Assembly: GCA_963740355.1 (NCBI GenBank)
Contig: CAVUDW010000003.1
Location: forward strand, 2,336,001-2,400,000
DNA: 64,000 bases
Direction: 5' to 3'
From: an uncultured Gemmatimonadaceae bacterium
GTDB lineage: Bacteria > Gemmatimonadota > Gemmatimonadetes > Gemmatimonadales > Gemmatimonadaceae
Of this stretch, positions 7,144-19,033 are shown piece by piece. Within the stretch, counting starts at the first letter, position 1; each line of letters starts with the position of its first letter. The translations under genes and the position numbers were made by a program. The notes below the pieces were generated by a model. It saw nothing but the letters and a program-made list of their open reading frames with translations, was not told the origin of the DNA and ran no database searches.

Positions 7144-8193
7144 TCAGAGATGGGGCCGCGGTGCCCGGCCGGGAGGCGCCGGCGCGCCTGCGATTACGGG
7201 AGCGCCGGGAGTCGCCAGCGGCGCGGCCATGTCGACATCCAACGGGCTGCGCACACCCAGGCCGCCTCGGTTCAGGACATGCGTGTACAACATCGTCGTC
7301 GACACGTCGCGATGGCCAAGCAGTTCCTGCACGGTACGAATGTCGTAGCCCGACTCGAGCAGGTGCGTGGCGAAGGAATGCCTGAGCGTGTGACAACCGA
7401 CACGCTGGGCGATGCCAGCCGACCGCGCGGCGTCCGACACGGATTTTTGGAGGAACGTGTGGTGCACATGATGCGTCCGGAGTTGCGCCGTCGGCCCGTG
7501 CCAGTACTCCTGTCGCGACGGAAACAGCCAGCACCACTGCCACGCGCGCATGGCGCGGGACGATTTCCGATCGTACGCCCCCGGGAGCTCGAGATAGCCA
7601 CCACCCCGCGCCGCACGCATCCGAATCAGCCGGCGCGACGCCTCGACCTGCGCCGCCACGCGGTCACGCACCGAGGCAGGCAGCATCGTCACACGGTCGC
7701 GCCCACCTTTCGCGTTCCGGACCAGGATTTCACCGCGATTGAGATCGACATCCTTCAACCGCAGCGAACAACACTCCGCCAACCGCAAACCCGAGCCGTA
7801 GAGCAACATGGCCATCAACTGGGCGGTGCCATGCATCGCGCGCAACACGCGGTCGACATCCGCCCGCGATAGCACATTGGGCAGCCGCTGCGGCTTCTTC
7901 GCCGCAACGACACCGTTGGCCGAGGGCAACGGCAGCTCCAGCACATCGCGATAGAGGAACTGCAGCGCCGCCAAGGCCTGATTCTGCGTGGAGGCCGCCA
8001 CCTTTCGGTCACGGGCCAGATGCGTCAGGAATGCACGCACATGCTCTGGCCCCAACTGCCGAGGGTGACGGCGCTCATGGTACGCCACATAGGCGCGCAC
8101 CCAGCGGGTGTAGGCCTGCACCGTGCGCGGACTGTAGCGCCGCACCAGCGCACGATCCCGCAGCACCTGAAAGAGAGTCGGTGACCCTGACAT
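7144..8193 (-). CDS. intI: Integron integrase
   Basis: LLYGSGLR, KGGRDR, HTLRHSFATHLL, LLGH.DVSTT..YTHV, VRSPLD and the IntI-specific insertion (LPGAYDRK....WQWCWLFPS). Confidence 0.97.
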   Translation of the reverse strand: MSGSPTLFQVLRDRALVRRYSPRTVQAYTRWVRAYVAYHERRHPRQLGPEHVRAFLTHLARDRKVAASTQNQALAALQFLYRDVLELPLPSANGVVAAKKPQRLPNVLSRADVDRVLRAMHGTAQLMAMLLYGSGLRLAECCSLRLKDVDLNRGEILVRNAKGGRDRVTMLPASVRDRVAAQVEASRRLIRMRAARGGGYLELPGAYDRKSSRAMRAWQWCWLFPSRQEYWHGPTAQLRTHHVHHTFLQKSVSDAARSAGIAQRVGCHTLRHSFATHLLESGYDIRTVQELLGHRDVSTTMLYTHVLNRGGLGVRSPLDVDMAAPLATPGAPVIAGAPAPPGRAPRPHL

Positions 8194-8302
8194 GCGACCA
8201 CGTTGACCCGACGCCCTGAAAAACCGATCACCAGTTCGGCGCAACGCACAGCATTCCGATGCACGCCCTCACGTGACAGAGCTGGCTCCCCGCCCAGCCG
8301 CC

Positions 8303-9280
8303 TCAGCTACAACAGTCCGGCCCGCAGCAGCTCGGCTCCGCCGAACCCAGCCCGGCAGAGGCGGTCACGCCCAGCGGCTTCAAGACCCGCTTCGGCGACG
8401 AACCAGGCTTGGTGGCCCGGATGAACGCCCCCATGAACCGGCCGTCCACCGCCTGCGAGAACTGCTCGACATCCAGCCCTGTCCCGGCCAGGAATGCCGC
8501 GGCGTCCTCAGCCTTGTAGATCCGCGTGGGCTCGATGCTCGGGTTCTCGAAGCCGACTTCGCGCAGCAGGTCCAGAAACTCCTGCTCCTCGAGCGCGCCT
8601 GCCACGCAGCCGACCCAGAGCTCCATGCTCCGACGCATATCGGCGGGCACCCCCCCACGCACCACGACGTCGCTCACCGCGAACCGACCACCCGGCTTCA
8701 GCACGCGGAACGACTCGGCCAGCACTGCCCGCTTGTCGCCGGAGAGATTCACCACGCAGTTCGAGATGATCACGTCCACCGTATTCGACGGCAGCGGAAT
8801 CTGCTCGATGTGACCACGCAGGAATTCGACGTTGGTCGCCCCGGCGCGCTCCTTGTTCGCATTCGCCAGCGCCAGCATCTCGTCCGTCATGTCGAGTCCG
8901 TATGCCTTGCCCGTCGGGCCGACTCGTTTCGCCGACAGCAGCACGTCGATCCCACCGCCGCTGCCGAGGTCGAGCACGACCTCCCCCGCCGTCAGGTCGG
9001 CCAGTGCCGTCGGGTTGCCACAACCGAGCGACGCCAGCAACGCCTCGGCCGGCACACCGGCGGCCTGTCCTTCGTCGTACAAGTTCGCCGTGATCGGATC
9101 CCAACTCTCCGTGCTCGAGCCGCAACAGCCGCTCGAACCGTCCGCCGGCCCGCAACACGACGCGCCCGCACTCGCGGATGCATCGGTCACGCGCTGCGCC
9201 ACCGCGCCATACCGCTCTCGCACCGTCGTGCGCAACGCGCCGAGGTCTGTCTTCGTCTGGCCCTGCGTGTCATCGGACAT
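8303..9280 (-). CDS. arsM: Arsenite S-adenosylmethionine methyltransferase
   Basis: [38 protein letters not shown]; Cys pairs at both termini; adjacent arsR. Confidence 0.93.
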   Translation of the reverse strand: MSDDTQGQTKTDLGALRTTVRERYGAVAQRVTDASASAGASCCGPADGSSGCCGSSTESWDPITANLYDEGQAAGVPAEALLASLGCGNPTALADLTAGEVVLDLGSGGGIDVLLSAKRVGPTGKAYGLDMTDEMLALANANKERAGATNVEFLRGHIEQIPLPSNTVDVIISNCVVNLSGDKRAVLAESFRVLKPGGRFAVSDVVVRGGVPADMRRSMELWVGCVAGALEEQEFLDLLREVGFENPSIEPTRIYKAEDAAAFLAGTGLDVEQFSQAVDGRFMGAFIRATKPGSSPKRVLKPLGVTASAGLGSAEPSCCGPDCCS

Positions 9281-9306
9281 GGGACACTCCGTGTAAGGTG
9301 TTCTTG

Positions 9307-9323
9307 AATCAGAAAATCTTGAT
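9307..9323 (-). promoter_or_regulatory. Putative ArsR/SmtB-type operator upstream of arsM
   Basis: Minus strand ATCAAGATTTTCTGAT (ATCAA-N6-(T/C)TGAT-like) in an AT-rich patch; similar to ATCAAAAAATACTGGT in the arsR promoter. Confidence 0.5.
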
Positions 9324-9413
9324 GAATCAGCCAAAAAAAACACGCGATCCGCCGCCAAACAAAAGACTCTCGCATCCTGTCATAGTGCCGATCGTGTCAG
9401 TACTGAATGCGCG

Positions 9414-9737
9414 CTATCCGCAGCAGTTTGAAGAACTTGCGCGTTTGGCTCGTGGACGCAGGCTGGCCAGCATAGCTTCCGCTTCCACGATCGCATCACG
9501 TTCCAGCGTATAGTACGACCAGCGCCCCTCGCGCCGATCCGTCACCAGACCAGCGTCCTTCAGGACCTTGAGATGGTACGACAGGCGCGACTGCGCCGCA
9601 CCAACCACGTCCATGAGGTCGCACACGCACTGCTCACCACCCATCAGCACCGAAACGATCTCGACCCGCGCCTCGTCTGAGAGCGCGTGAAAGAGCTCGG
9701 CCGCGCGAGCAAAATCAGTGGCAGTTCCGGTGGGCAT
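9414..9737 (-). CDS. arsR: ArsR/SmtB family repressor
   Basis: FHALSDEAR, EQCVCDL, QSRLSYHLKVLKDAGLV...REGRW; C-terminal CC. Confidence 0.9.
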   Translation of the reverse strand: MPTGTATDFARAAELFHALSDEARVEIVSVLMGGEQCVCDLMDVVGAAQSRLSYHLKVLKDAGLVTDRREGRWSYYTLERDAIVEAEAMLASLRPRAKRASSSNCCG

Positions 9738-9744
9738 GAAGATA

Positions 9745-9772
9745 ATCGTACCAGTATTTTTTGATATGTCAA
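9745..9772 (-). promoter_or_regulatory. Sigma70-type promoter of arsR (probably leaderless)
   Basis: TTGACA (9772-9767), 16 bp, TACGAT (9750-9745), 7 bp, then ATG 9737. Confidence 0.65.
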
Positions 9773-10800
9773 TCCCCACGCCGTCCACACACTCGCACGC
9801 CGGTCACGACCACAGTGGGCACGATCACAGTGGTCATGATCATGCAGGCCATAGCCACGCAGGCCACAGCCACGCAGGCCACAGCCACGCGGGCCACGGG
9901 CACGCCGGTCACTCGCATGCGCCGGCCTCCTTCGGTCGCGCCTTTGCCATCGGCACCGCGCTCAACGTGGGCTTCGTCCTCGTCGAGACGTTCTTCGGAC
10001 TGCGCTCGAACTCCGTCTCGCTGCTGGCGGACGCCGGACACAATGTCAGTGATGTCGCCGGACTGCTGATTGCATGGGGCGCGAGTGTCCTCGCCACCAG
10101 CGGACCCACGGCGCGCCGTACCTACGGACTCCGCAGCACCTCAATCCTCGCCGCCCTCGTCAACGCCACGGTCCTGCTGCTCGCGATCGGCGCCATCGCC
10201 TGGGAAGCACTGACAAGGGTGCGCACGCCGGAAGTGGTGGACGCGACCACGATCTCGTGGGTCGCAGGCATCGGCATCCTCATCAACGGCGCCACCGCCT
10301 TGATGTTCATGTCTGGGCGCAAGAATGACCTCAACATCCGCGGTGCGTATCTGCACATGCTCGCCGATGCCGGTGTCTCGGCCGGCGTGCTGATTGGCGG
10401 CCTCGCCATCGCCGCCACCGGATGGCTCTGGCTCGATACGGCGATCAGCATCACCATCGCCGCCTTCATCGCCTTCAGCACCTGGGGCCTGCTGCGCGAA
10501 TCTGTCAACCTCGCGCTCAACGCGGTGCCTGCCCATCTCGACCCGGCCGAAGTCGAAGTCTACCTGCGCACGCTACCGGGGGTGACGGGTGTGCACGACC
10601 TGCACATCTGGGGCATGAGCACCACCGACGTCGCGCTCACCGCGCACATCATCCGACCCGAAGTCTGTGACGACGATCAACTCCTGATCGACGCCGCCCA
10701 CACACTGCAGACGCGGTTCGGCATCTCGCACCCCACCCTGCAGATCGAACGCGGGCACGGCCCCCACGACTGCCTGCTCGCCCCGGCCGACGTCATCTGA
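9766..10800 (+). CDS. Cation diffusion facilitator (CzcD/ZitB-like) with His-rich N-terminus
   Basis: LLADAGHN.SD, AYLHMLADA, HDLHIW motifs; six TM segments. Confidence 0.92.
   Translation: MSIPTPSTHSHAGHDHSGHDHSGHDHAGHSHAGHSHAGHSHAGHGHAGHSHAPASFGRAFAIGTALNVGFVLVETFFGLRSNSVSLLADAGHNVSDVAGLLIAWGASVLATSGPTARRTYGLRSTSILAALVNATVLLLAIGAIAWEALTRVRTPEVVDATTISWVAGIGILINGATALMFMSGRKNDLNIRGAYLHMLADAGVSAGVLIGGLAIAATGWLWLDTAISITIAAFIAFSTWGLLRESVNLALNAVPAHLDPAEVEVYLRTLPGVTGVHDLHIWGMSTTDVALTAHIIRPEVCDDDQLLIDAAHTLQTRFGISHPTLQIERGHGPHDCLLAPADVI
9790..9920 (+). repeat. 15-bp coding tandem repeat (H[AS]GH[DSG] x about 8)
   Basis: HAGHD HSGHD HSGHD HAGHS HAGHS HAGHS HAGHG HAGHS; cacgcaggccacagc units. Confidence 0.85.
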
Positions 10801-10821
10801 CGCCGGCCCAGCGGACCGAAG

Positions 10822-11682
10822 TCAAACGTTGCAGAGGTTGTACGCTTCCTTCAGCGAAACCATCGGTGCCCGCACCGGAATGAATTCCTGGGCCACATAG
10901 CCAGTGAAGCCCAACTCCGCGATCGCCTTCATGATCGTCGGGTAGTTCAGCTCCTGCGCATCGTCGATCTCGTGACGACCGGGCACACCACCGGTGTGAT
11001 AGTGACCGATGTACGCGAAGTTTTCGCGGATGGTGCGAATCACATCCCCTTCCATGATCTGCATGTGGTACACGTCGTAGAGCAGCTTGAAGCGCGGTGA
11101 CCCTACGCGCTTCACCAGCTCGGCGCCCCAGGCCGTGTGATCACACATGTAATCCTTGTGATCGACCTTGGAGTTCAGCAGTTCCATGATCACCGTCACA
11201 CCGTGCTTTTCGGCGGCGGGCATGATGCGCTTCAAGCCGACGGCACAATTCGCGAGGCCTTCCGCATCCGACATCCCGGCGCGATTGCCGGAGAAGACGA
11301 TCATCTGCGGAATGCCAGCCGCCGCCACCAACGGCAGCAGCCGCTCCGACTCCGCCACCAATCGATCATGCTGGTCGAGGCGGTTGAAGCCGATCGGGAT
11401 CGTACTCGGCCCGTTCGCCACGGCGCACTTGATCCCGTGCGGTTTCAGCGCATCCCACTCATTCTCGCTCAGCAGGTCGATCGCCTTGAAGCCCATCGCG
11501 GCGACGTCGCGAGCCAGAGTGTCGAGCGGGATCGACTGATAACACCAGCGACAGACGCTCTGGTTGATCCGCCCCGCAGCAGCCACCGGCGCGATCGACT
11601 CAGCCATCATCGGGGTCACCCCTCCCAGAACCTGCGCCGCTGACGCCGCACCCAGCACGGCCAGCATTTCTCGTCGCTCCAT
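10822..11682 (-). CDS. Hydroxypyruvate isomerase-like TIM-barrel protein with Tat-like leader
   Basis: MERREML.. leader; MELLNSKVDH.DY, LLYDVYHMQIMEGD, HYHTGGVPGRHE. Confidence 0.85.
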   Translation of the reverse strand: MERREMLAVLGAASAAQVLGGVTPMMAESIAPVAAAGRINQSVCRWCYQSIPLDTLARDVAAMGFKAIDLLSENEWDALKPHGIKCAVANGPSTIPIGFNRLDQHDRLVAESERLLPLVAAAGIPQMIVFSGNRAGMSDAEGLANCAVGLKRIMPAAEKHGVTVIMELLNSKVDHKDYMCDHTAWGAELVKRVGSPRFKLLYDVYHMQIMEGDVIRTIRENFAYIGHYHTGGVPGRHEIDDAQELNYPTIMKAIAELGFTGYVAQEFIPVRAPMVSLKEAYNLCNV

Positions 11683-11767
11683 CACCCCTCCACGAATGAC
11701 CGGTCTGCCACCTTCCCGTACGCTACGCACCTGCACATCTGGCGGCCAGCACCCAGGCGCGTGCCGA

Positions 11768-12826
11768 TCAGCGTTCCCACCACGGGCCCGTCAGCAGCAC
11801 CTCGCAGAGCTCTGACGGTTGGGTGTGATCATCCACATCCACCACCACCAGCGCCCGCATCGGGTCGCCCGGATGCAACACCAGCCCCTCCACCTTCCCC
11901 ACGAACAGCGCATCGTGCTCGTCCCGGATGGCGGTCCAGCGCGCTGGCTTGCTGCGGTCATTCGGGATCACCCCCAGCGCAGAACCGCCTACCTCGCCAT
12001 CACGTGTCGCATCGGGGGATGCCTCTGCGGCCGCCGAGTACATCACCGTCGTACGCTGCACCGGAATCGCATCCGTGAAGCCAAGGGCCACTCCATCGAT
12101 CTCACCCAGTTCGTACTGCGTGACACGTGTCAGTGTTGGCAACGGCTGCCTGTCCGGCTGCTCGATATGGGCGCGCAGTACGTGCCAGTCGAGATCACAG
12201 GTCGCGTCCACAGGATGCAGGTCATCCTTTGCCTCGCCGTTGCCGCGTCCGAAGAGTCGAATCCTTCCATCGAGATAGAGCGCGCCTTCGATGTTCATGT
12301 CGCTGCCGGCGAACAGCGTCTCGTTGCGCAACGCGGCATAGAGCGCGGGTAGGGCGACGAGTGCCGGCTCCGTCGGCACCGGACGCATCGAGCGACCGGG
12401 AAAGTGCACCGTCATCACGTTCTCGCGCCGCTTCTTGGAGCCTGATCCGAACGCCACCAGCAACGTGCCGCCGGTCACCGGCACACGCGCCATCGCCTCG
12501 AGATCGAGCTTGAACTTCTTGTTTCCGCGCCCATCGTCGAACTGCCGCAGGTCGTCCTTCCCTGCCGGCAGCGTAATGGCTTCCGCCAATCCTGACATCG
12601 GGTCGACCAACGCCACGAAATTCACGTCGTCCTGCACCAGCGCCAGCCGATTGCCGATCCACGCCATTGACGACGCCGCGCGCACATAGGCGGGCCGGTC
12701 GATGCTGTCGTCCGCACCAGCCGCATAGTGCATCGGCACCCTCCGCACGATCCGCGCTCCCAGGGCCCGGTCAACCGTGCTGCGAATGCGCTGGGACGTG
12801 GATCTGTCTGCGATGCGGTTGGCCAT
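11768..12826 (-). CDS. Conserved hypothetical protein (DUF6929-like)
   Basis: KLDLEA, AFGSGS..RRE, NIEG, LGFTDA, KVEG motifs. Confidence 0.65.
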   Translation of the reverse strand: MANRIADRSTSQRIRSTVDRALGARIVRRVPMHYAAGADDSIDRPAYVRAASSMAWIGNRLALVQDDVNFVALVDPMSGLAEAITLPAGKDDLRQFDDGRGNKKFKLDLEAMARVPVTGGTLLVAFGSGSKKRRENVMTVHFPGRSMRPVPTEPALVALPALYAALRNETLFAGSDMNIEGALYLDGRIRLFGRGNGEAKDDLHPVDATCDLDWHVLRAHIEQPDRQPLPTLTRVTQYELGEIDGVALGFTDAIPVQRTTVMYSAAAEASPDATRDGEVGGSALGVIPNDRSKPARWTAIRDEHDALFVGKVEGLVLHPGDPMRALVVVDVDDHTQPSELCEVLLTGPWWER

Positions 12827-12900
12827 GGACTCGTGTCGTAACTTCAGCAGGAGGGTGCGGTACAAGATACCTCACCGCAATACACCCATCGTCTCCACGA

Positions 12901-13545
12901 ATGATGAAGATCGAGATCTGGTCCGACATCGCCTGCCCCTGGTGCTTCGTCGGCAAGCGCCGATTCGAGCAGGCACTGGCCGACTTCCCGCAGCGTGACG
13001 AGCTCGAGATCGTCTGGCGCAGCTTCGAGCTCGATCCCAATGCCCCGTTGCGGCAGGAAAAGCCGCACGCGGAACTGCTGGCGTCGAAGTACGGGTTGTC
13101 AGCGACGAAGGCGCAGGGAATGCTCGACACCATGACGGCGACCGGCGCCGTCGAGGGGATCGCATTCCGGTTCGATCGCGCGATCAGCGGCAACACCTTC
13201 GACGCCCATCGCCTGATCCACTTCGCCGCTTCGCACGACAAGCGCGCCGCGATGGTCGAGCGCCTCTTCACGGGCTATTTCACCGAAGGCCTGGCAATGA
13301 GTGATCACGACACCCTCATTCGCCTCGCGACCGACGTCGGACTCGACACCGACGCGACCCACACCATGCTCGCCACCGAGGCCTTCGCCGCCGATGTTCG
13401 CAGCGACGAGCAACGCGCACAGCAATTCGGCATCTCCGGCGTCCCCTTCTTCGCCATCGACGAAAAATACGGCATCTCCGGCGCCCAGCCCCCCGCCGCC
13501 ATCACCGCCGCACTCACCGAAGCCTGGTCCGAACGCACCGCCTGA
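12901..13545 (+). CDS. DsbA/FrnE family oxidoreductase
   Basis: IEIWSDIACPWCFVGKRR, NTFDAHRL, GISGVPFF, SGAQP. Confidence 0.92.
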   Translation: MMKIEIWSDIACPWCFVGKRRFEQALADFPQRDELEIVWRSFELDPNAPLRQEKPHAELLASKYGLSATKAQGMLDTMTATGAVEGIAFRFDRAISGNTFDAHRLIHFAASHDKRAAMVERLFTGYFTEGLAMSDHDTLIRLATDVGLDTDATHTMLATEAFAADVRSDEQRAQQFGISGVPFFAIDEKYGISGAQPPAAITAALTEAWSERTA

Positions 13546-13594
13546 ACAGCGAATCGTAGGCTTGCTGAACTGCGCCTCTGCGATTCGCTGTTCA
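13543..13594. repeat. Intergenic hairpin, ACAGCGAATCGCAGAGG family (copy 1); possible bidirectional terminator
   Basis: tgaacagcgaatcgtagg...cctctgcgattcgctgttca between convergent genes; related sequences at ~21803 and ~43240. Confidence 0.65.
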
Positions 13595-14443
13595 CCGACC
13601 AGAAAGTGCCGAGATGTCAGTCGGCGGACGCTGCGCGATGATGTCGGAATGTCGCAACTGTACCAGTGGCGTCATCTCGCTGTGCGGCAGGATGTAGAAC
13701 CGCCCATCGTCGATCGCCGCGAACGTGATCGCGGCGATGTCGGGCGCCGTCAGCCGACCGGATTCCACTGATTTCGACGCTGCATCCTGCGCTGCCCGCT
13801 GCGATTGTGTCGGCTCGGTGGCGTTCTTCAGCGCTGCCGGACGATTGCGATCGGAATGTGCGATGCCCGTCGGCACGAAGCCCGGGCACAACACCGACAC
13901 ACCGATCTTCGAGTGAATGATGCGCAAGTCGTTGTACAACGTCTCGCTCAACGCCACCACCGCGTGCTTCGAGACATTGTACACGCCCATGTTCGGCGGG
14001 CTCAACATCCCGGCAATCGATGAGGTGTTCACGATGTGACCCGGTTCGCCATGCGCGAGCATCAGCGGCGTGAAGATCCGGATACCGTGAATCACGCTCA
14101 TCAGGTTCACGCCCAGCACCCACTCCCAATCCGCCGGCGTCGACTCCCAGACGAATCCACCAACCGCGACGCCCGCATTGTTGAACAACAGGTGTACCGC
14201 ACCAAACGCGGCCATCGTGGCGTCGGCCAGCGCCTGCAACTGATCACCGCTCGACACATCCGTCGGCACACCCAGCACCTCGGCGCCGGACGCCCGCAAT
14301 TCGCGCACGATGGCTTCGAGGCCAGCGGCATCGATGTCGGCCAGGGCAACCTTCATCCCGCGCGACACCGCCAGTCGTGCGAACTCGCGCCCGAAGCCGC
14401 TCGCGGCTCCGGTGATCACGGCAACGCGACCAGTCAGTTCCAT
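13592..14443 (-). CDS. Short-chain dehydrogenase/reductase
   Basis: TGAASGFG, NNAG, YNVSK motifs. Confidence 0.93.
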   Translation of the reverse strand: MELTGRVAVITGAASGFGREFARLAVSRGMKVALADIDAAGLEAIVRELRASGAEVLGVPTDVSSGDQLQALADATMAAFGAVHLLFNNAGVAVGGFVWESTPADWEWVLGVNLMSVIHGIRIFTPLMLAHGEPGHIVNTSSIAGMLSPPNMGVYNVSKHAVVALSETLYNDLRIIHSKIGVSVLCPGFVPTGIAHSDRNRPAALKNATEPTQSQRAAQDAASKSVESGRLTAPDIAAITFAAIDDGRFYILPHSEMTPLVQLRHSDIIAQRPPTDISALSGR

Positions 14444-14497
14444 GTCAGTTCCATGTCAGCCCCAATGTCGATCCGCCCCGACGCGTGGTGGTCATCG

Positions 14498-15676
14498 TCA
14501 CGCAAGCTCGAACAGTCCGGCGGCACCCATGCCACCACCGATGCACATGGTCACGACCGCGTACTTCACACCGCGCCGCTTCCCCTCGATCAACGCATGA
14601 CCCGTCAGTCGCTGGCCACTCACACCGTACGGGTGGCCCACTGCAATCGCGCCACCATTCACGTTCAGGATTGCCGGATCGATGCCAAGGGTGTCGCGGC
14701 AATACAGCACCTGCACCGCGAACGCCTCGTTCAGTTCCCAAAGGCCGATGTCGTTCACCGACAAGCCAGCCCGCTGCAACAGTTTCGGTACGGCGTACAC
14801 CGGCCCAATGCCCATCTCGTCCGGTTCGCAGCCTGCAACGGCGAATCCACGGAATACACCGAGAATCGGCGCGCCTCGCTTCTCGGCCGCAGCACGCTCC
14901 ATCAGCACACAGGCACCTGCGCCATCCGAAAACTGGCTCGCGTTCCCCGCAGCGATGGTCCCACCTTCCACCGCCGGCTTGATCTTCGAAATCCCCTCGA
15001 CGGTCGTGTCGCCGCGAATCCCTTCATCGGCGGTAATCGTCACGTCCTTCGTGCTGATCTCGTTCGTCACCTTGTCCTGCACACCCATCGTCGTCGTCAC
15101 CGACACCAGCTCGGCGTCGAACAGGCCTGCATCACGGGCAGCCGCCGCCTTCTGCTGTGACAGCGCGCCGTATTCATCCATGCGATCGCGCGTGATCCCA
15201 TATCGCGCCGCCACCACTTCGGCCGTCTGCAACATCGGCATGTAGATCGCCGGCTTGTTCTTCTTCAGCCACGACTCGTGCAGCATCTTCGTGTTCATGT
15301 CGTTCTGCACGCAGCTGATCGACTCCACGCCGCCCGCGACGAAGATGTCGGCCTCTCCGCTGATGATGCGCTGCGCGGCCATCGCGATCGTCTGCAATCC
15401 TGAACTGCAGAAGCGGTTCACCGTCACCCCGGATACCGTCACCGGCATGCCGGCGCGGATGGCGATCTGGCGCGCGATGTTCATGCCCGTGGCGCCTTCC
15501 GGATTCGCACACCCCATCAACACGTCCTCGACCTCGCCACCCTCGACGCCGGCGCGCACCAGCGCCGCACTCACTGCCGCGGCGCCAAGTGTCGCACCGT
15601 GCGTCATGTTGAAGGCGCCGCGCCATGACTTGGCGAGGGGGGTTCGTGCAGTCGAGACGATGACGGCTTCGCGCAT
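14498..15676 (-). CDS. Acetyl-CoA C-acyltransferase (thiolase)
   Basis: NRFCSSG, NEAF, GHPYG, CIGGGMG motifs. Confidence 0.95.
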   Translation of the reverse strand: MREAVIVSTARTPLAKSWRGAFNMTHGATLGAAAVSAALVRAGVEGGEVEDVLMGCANPEGATGMNIARQIAIRAGMPVTVSGVTVNRFCSSGLQTIAMAAQRIISGEADIFVAGGVESISCVQNDMNTKMLHESWLKKNKPAIYMPMLQTAEVVAARYGITRDRMDEYGALSQQKAAAARDAGLFDAELVSVTTTMGVQDKVTNEISTKDVTITADEGIRGDTTVEGISKIKPAVEGGTIAAGNASQFSDGAGACVLMERAAAEKRGAPILGVFRGFAVAGCEPDEMGIGPVYAVPKLLQRAGLSVNDIGLWELNEAFAVQVLYCRDTLGIDPAILNVNGGAIAVGHPYGVSGQRLTGHALIEGKRRGVKYAVVTMCIGGGMGAAGLFELA

Positions 15677-15773
15677 CTGGAAAACTCCGGTATGTGTCCG
15701 GCGCGAAGCATACCCGCCGCGTCGGGGCCGCAATAGGTCAGGCCCGTGCCCGGTGCCCGAATGCGCCCCCTGA

Positions 15774-17492
<1,719 letters not shown>

Positions 17493-17507
17493 CGCCTTCG
17501 GTGCGGG

Positions 17508-18429
17508 TCACCGCACCGACGCGTGCAGCAACGGGTGCTCCATTTTCTTCGGCGTGGGGCGCCCGATCACGACGGTGATGTTGTCGGAACCACCCCCATC
17601 CAGCGCGTCCTGGACCAGTGCCTCACACGCCTGCTTGGCTGACGTCATCGTCCGCAAGCGCTCGGCGATCTGCTCATCGCTCACGTGTTTCGTAAGGCCA
17701 TCGCTGCACAGCAGTCCGACGATGTCCCATGACTGTTCCATCCGCGTCACCACCGGCATCGCTTCCTCACCACCAATCGCGCTCGACAGGACGTTGTTGA
17801 GCGGTGAACGCATCGCCTGTGTTCGCGTCAGACACTCCCGCGTCCACGAGATCCTGCACGATGGTCTGGTCGCGCGAGATTTGCGTCAGCGTGTCGTTGC
17901 GGAAGACATAGCAACGGCTGTCACCAACCTGCAGCAGGTACGCGTACGGCCACACCCCGAGCCACAACGTGAGCGTCGTCGCCATGCCGCGCGCTTCCGG
18001 TGGCCCGTCGGCACGCTCCTTCGCGATGTCGCCGTGTACGCGCATGGCGGCGTCTGCGAGCGCGTTGTGCAACTCCGTATCATCGCCCTCTTCCAACCGG
18101 TAGAAGCACTTCGCGCACGCCGAGACGTAGTTGAGGATGCCCTCCACTGCCTGTCGGCTCGCTTCACCGCCCATCAGGCTGCTGCCGACGCCGTCCGCGA
18201 CCACGGCCAGCAGTGCCAGTCGCTCAGTCGTCGACTGGCTTTCAGCCGGCGGAAGACTCGTCTGGTGCACCACCACGTCCCGTCGCAGAGACGAGATCAT
18301 GAAGTGATCCTGATTCTCCGTGCGGACAAGCCCAGTGTGGGTCATCCCGTACACGTCGAGTTCGGAGTCGAGCGGCTTGCGCGCGGCGAGGGTCGTGGTG
18401 CCACTGGTGGCGGCGGTCTCAGCATTCAT
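17508..18429 (-). pseudogene. PP2C/PrpC-type Ser/Thr phosphatase split by a +1 frameshift near 17832
   Basis: G.VR.ENQD, VADGVG, QVGDSRCY and DQT lie in one frame; LCSDGL and GG.DNITV lie in another. Removing one base restores AGVLTRTQAMRSPLNNVL. Confidence 0.85.
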
Positions 18430-18514
18430 CGAACGGCGGGGCTCAGGAGAGAATGATTCTCCTGATCATACACTCGCATCACGTTTCCGATGAGTGGACG
18501 AGCGCTCCAGCCGC

Positions 18515-19033
18515 TCAGAAACTGAGCGTGACCACGGCCGTCGGCCCGGCACGCGTGCGGATCACCGCCGCGCGCACTGGCACCTCGAGTCGCTCCCAGC
18601 TTTCGGATTGCACGAGGGCGCCGATGACGACCCCGCTGATGACACCGCCAAGGACCCCTGCCGCAAAGACTTCACCTCGCGAGGCCGAAGTCCCGGAATC
18701 CGAGAACAGGCCCGACAACAGACCGACGCCACCGCCCCACAATGCTCCTTTCATCGCCCCGCGTGAACGGCTCTTGCCTCGACTGATCTCGACCGCCGTC
18801 AGCCGAGAGAGCGGCAGCTGCAACGGCACGCCGTTCTCCGTTGCAATCGACAGCGAATCGGCTGTCCGGCTCATCACCGTACCAGTGAGACGACCGTTGA
18901 TGGATCCCGGCGCACGAATTCGTGCCCGCACGCCAGGAATCAGGTTGGCCAGCTGCGCTTCCGCACGGCTGACCGGGAGCGATAAGGAGGACAAAAGTGC
19001 CAACGCTGCCACCGATACCGATCGTGCGAACAT
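18515..19033 (-). CDS. Hypothetical exported/membrane protein
   Basis: Signal peptide (AEA-Q), beta-rich domain, two Gly-rich hydrophobic segments; GGAGG RBS. Confidence 0.65.
   Translation of the reverse strand: MFARSVSVAALALLSSLSLPVSRAEAQLANLIPGVRARIRAPGSINGRLTGTVMSRTADSLSIATENGVPLQLPLSRLTAVEISRGKSRSRGAMKGALWGGGVGLLSGLFSDSGTSASRGEVFAAGVLGGVISGVVIGALVQSESWERLEVPVRAAVIRTRAGPTAVVTLSF

Larger units (their letters stand above)
1..8193 (-). mobile_element. Integron (intI + putative attI + cassette array with 9 attC sites); the array continues beyond the window's left edge
   Basis: IntI-type tyrosine recombinase at 7144-8193. Nine related imperfect palindromes (RYYYAAC...GTTRRRY) separate short minus-strand ORFs. 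A non-attC GTTAGAC site lies at 6860-6866. Confidence 0.95.
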
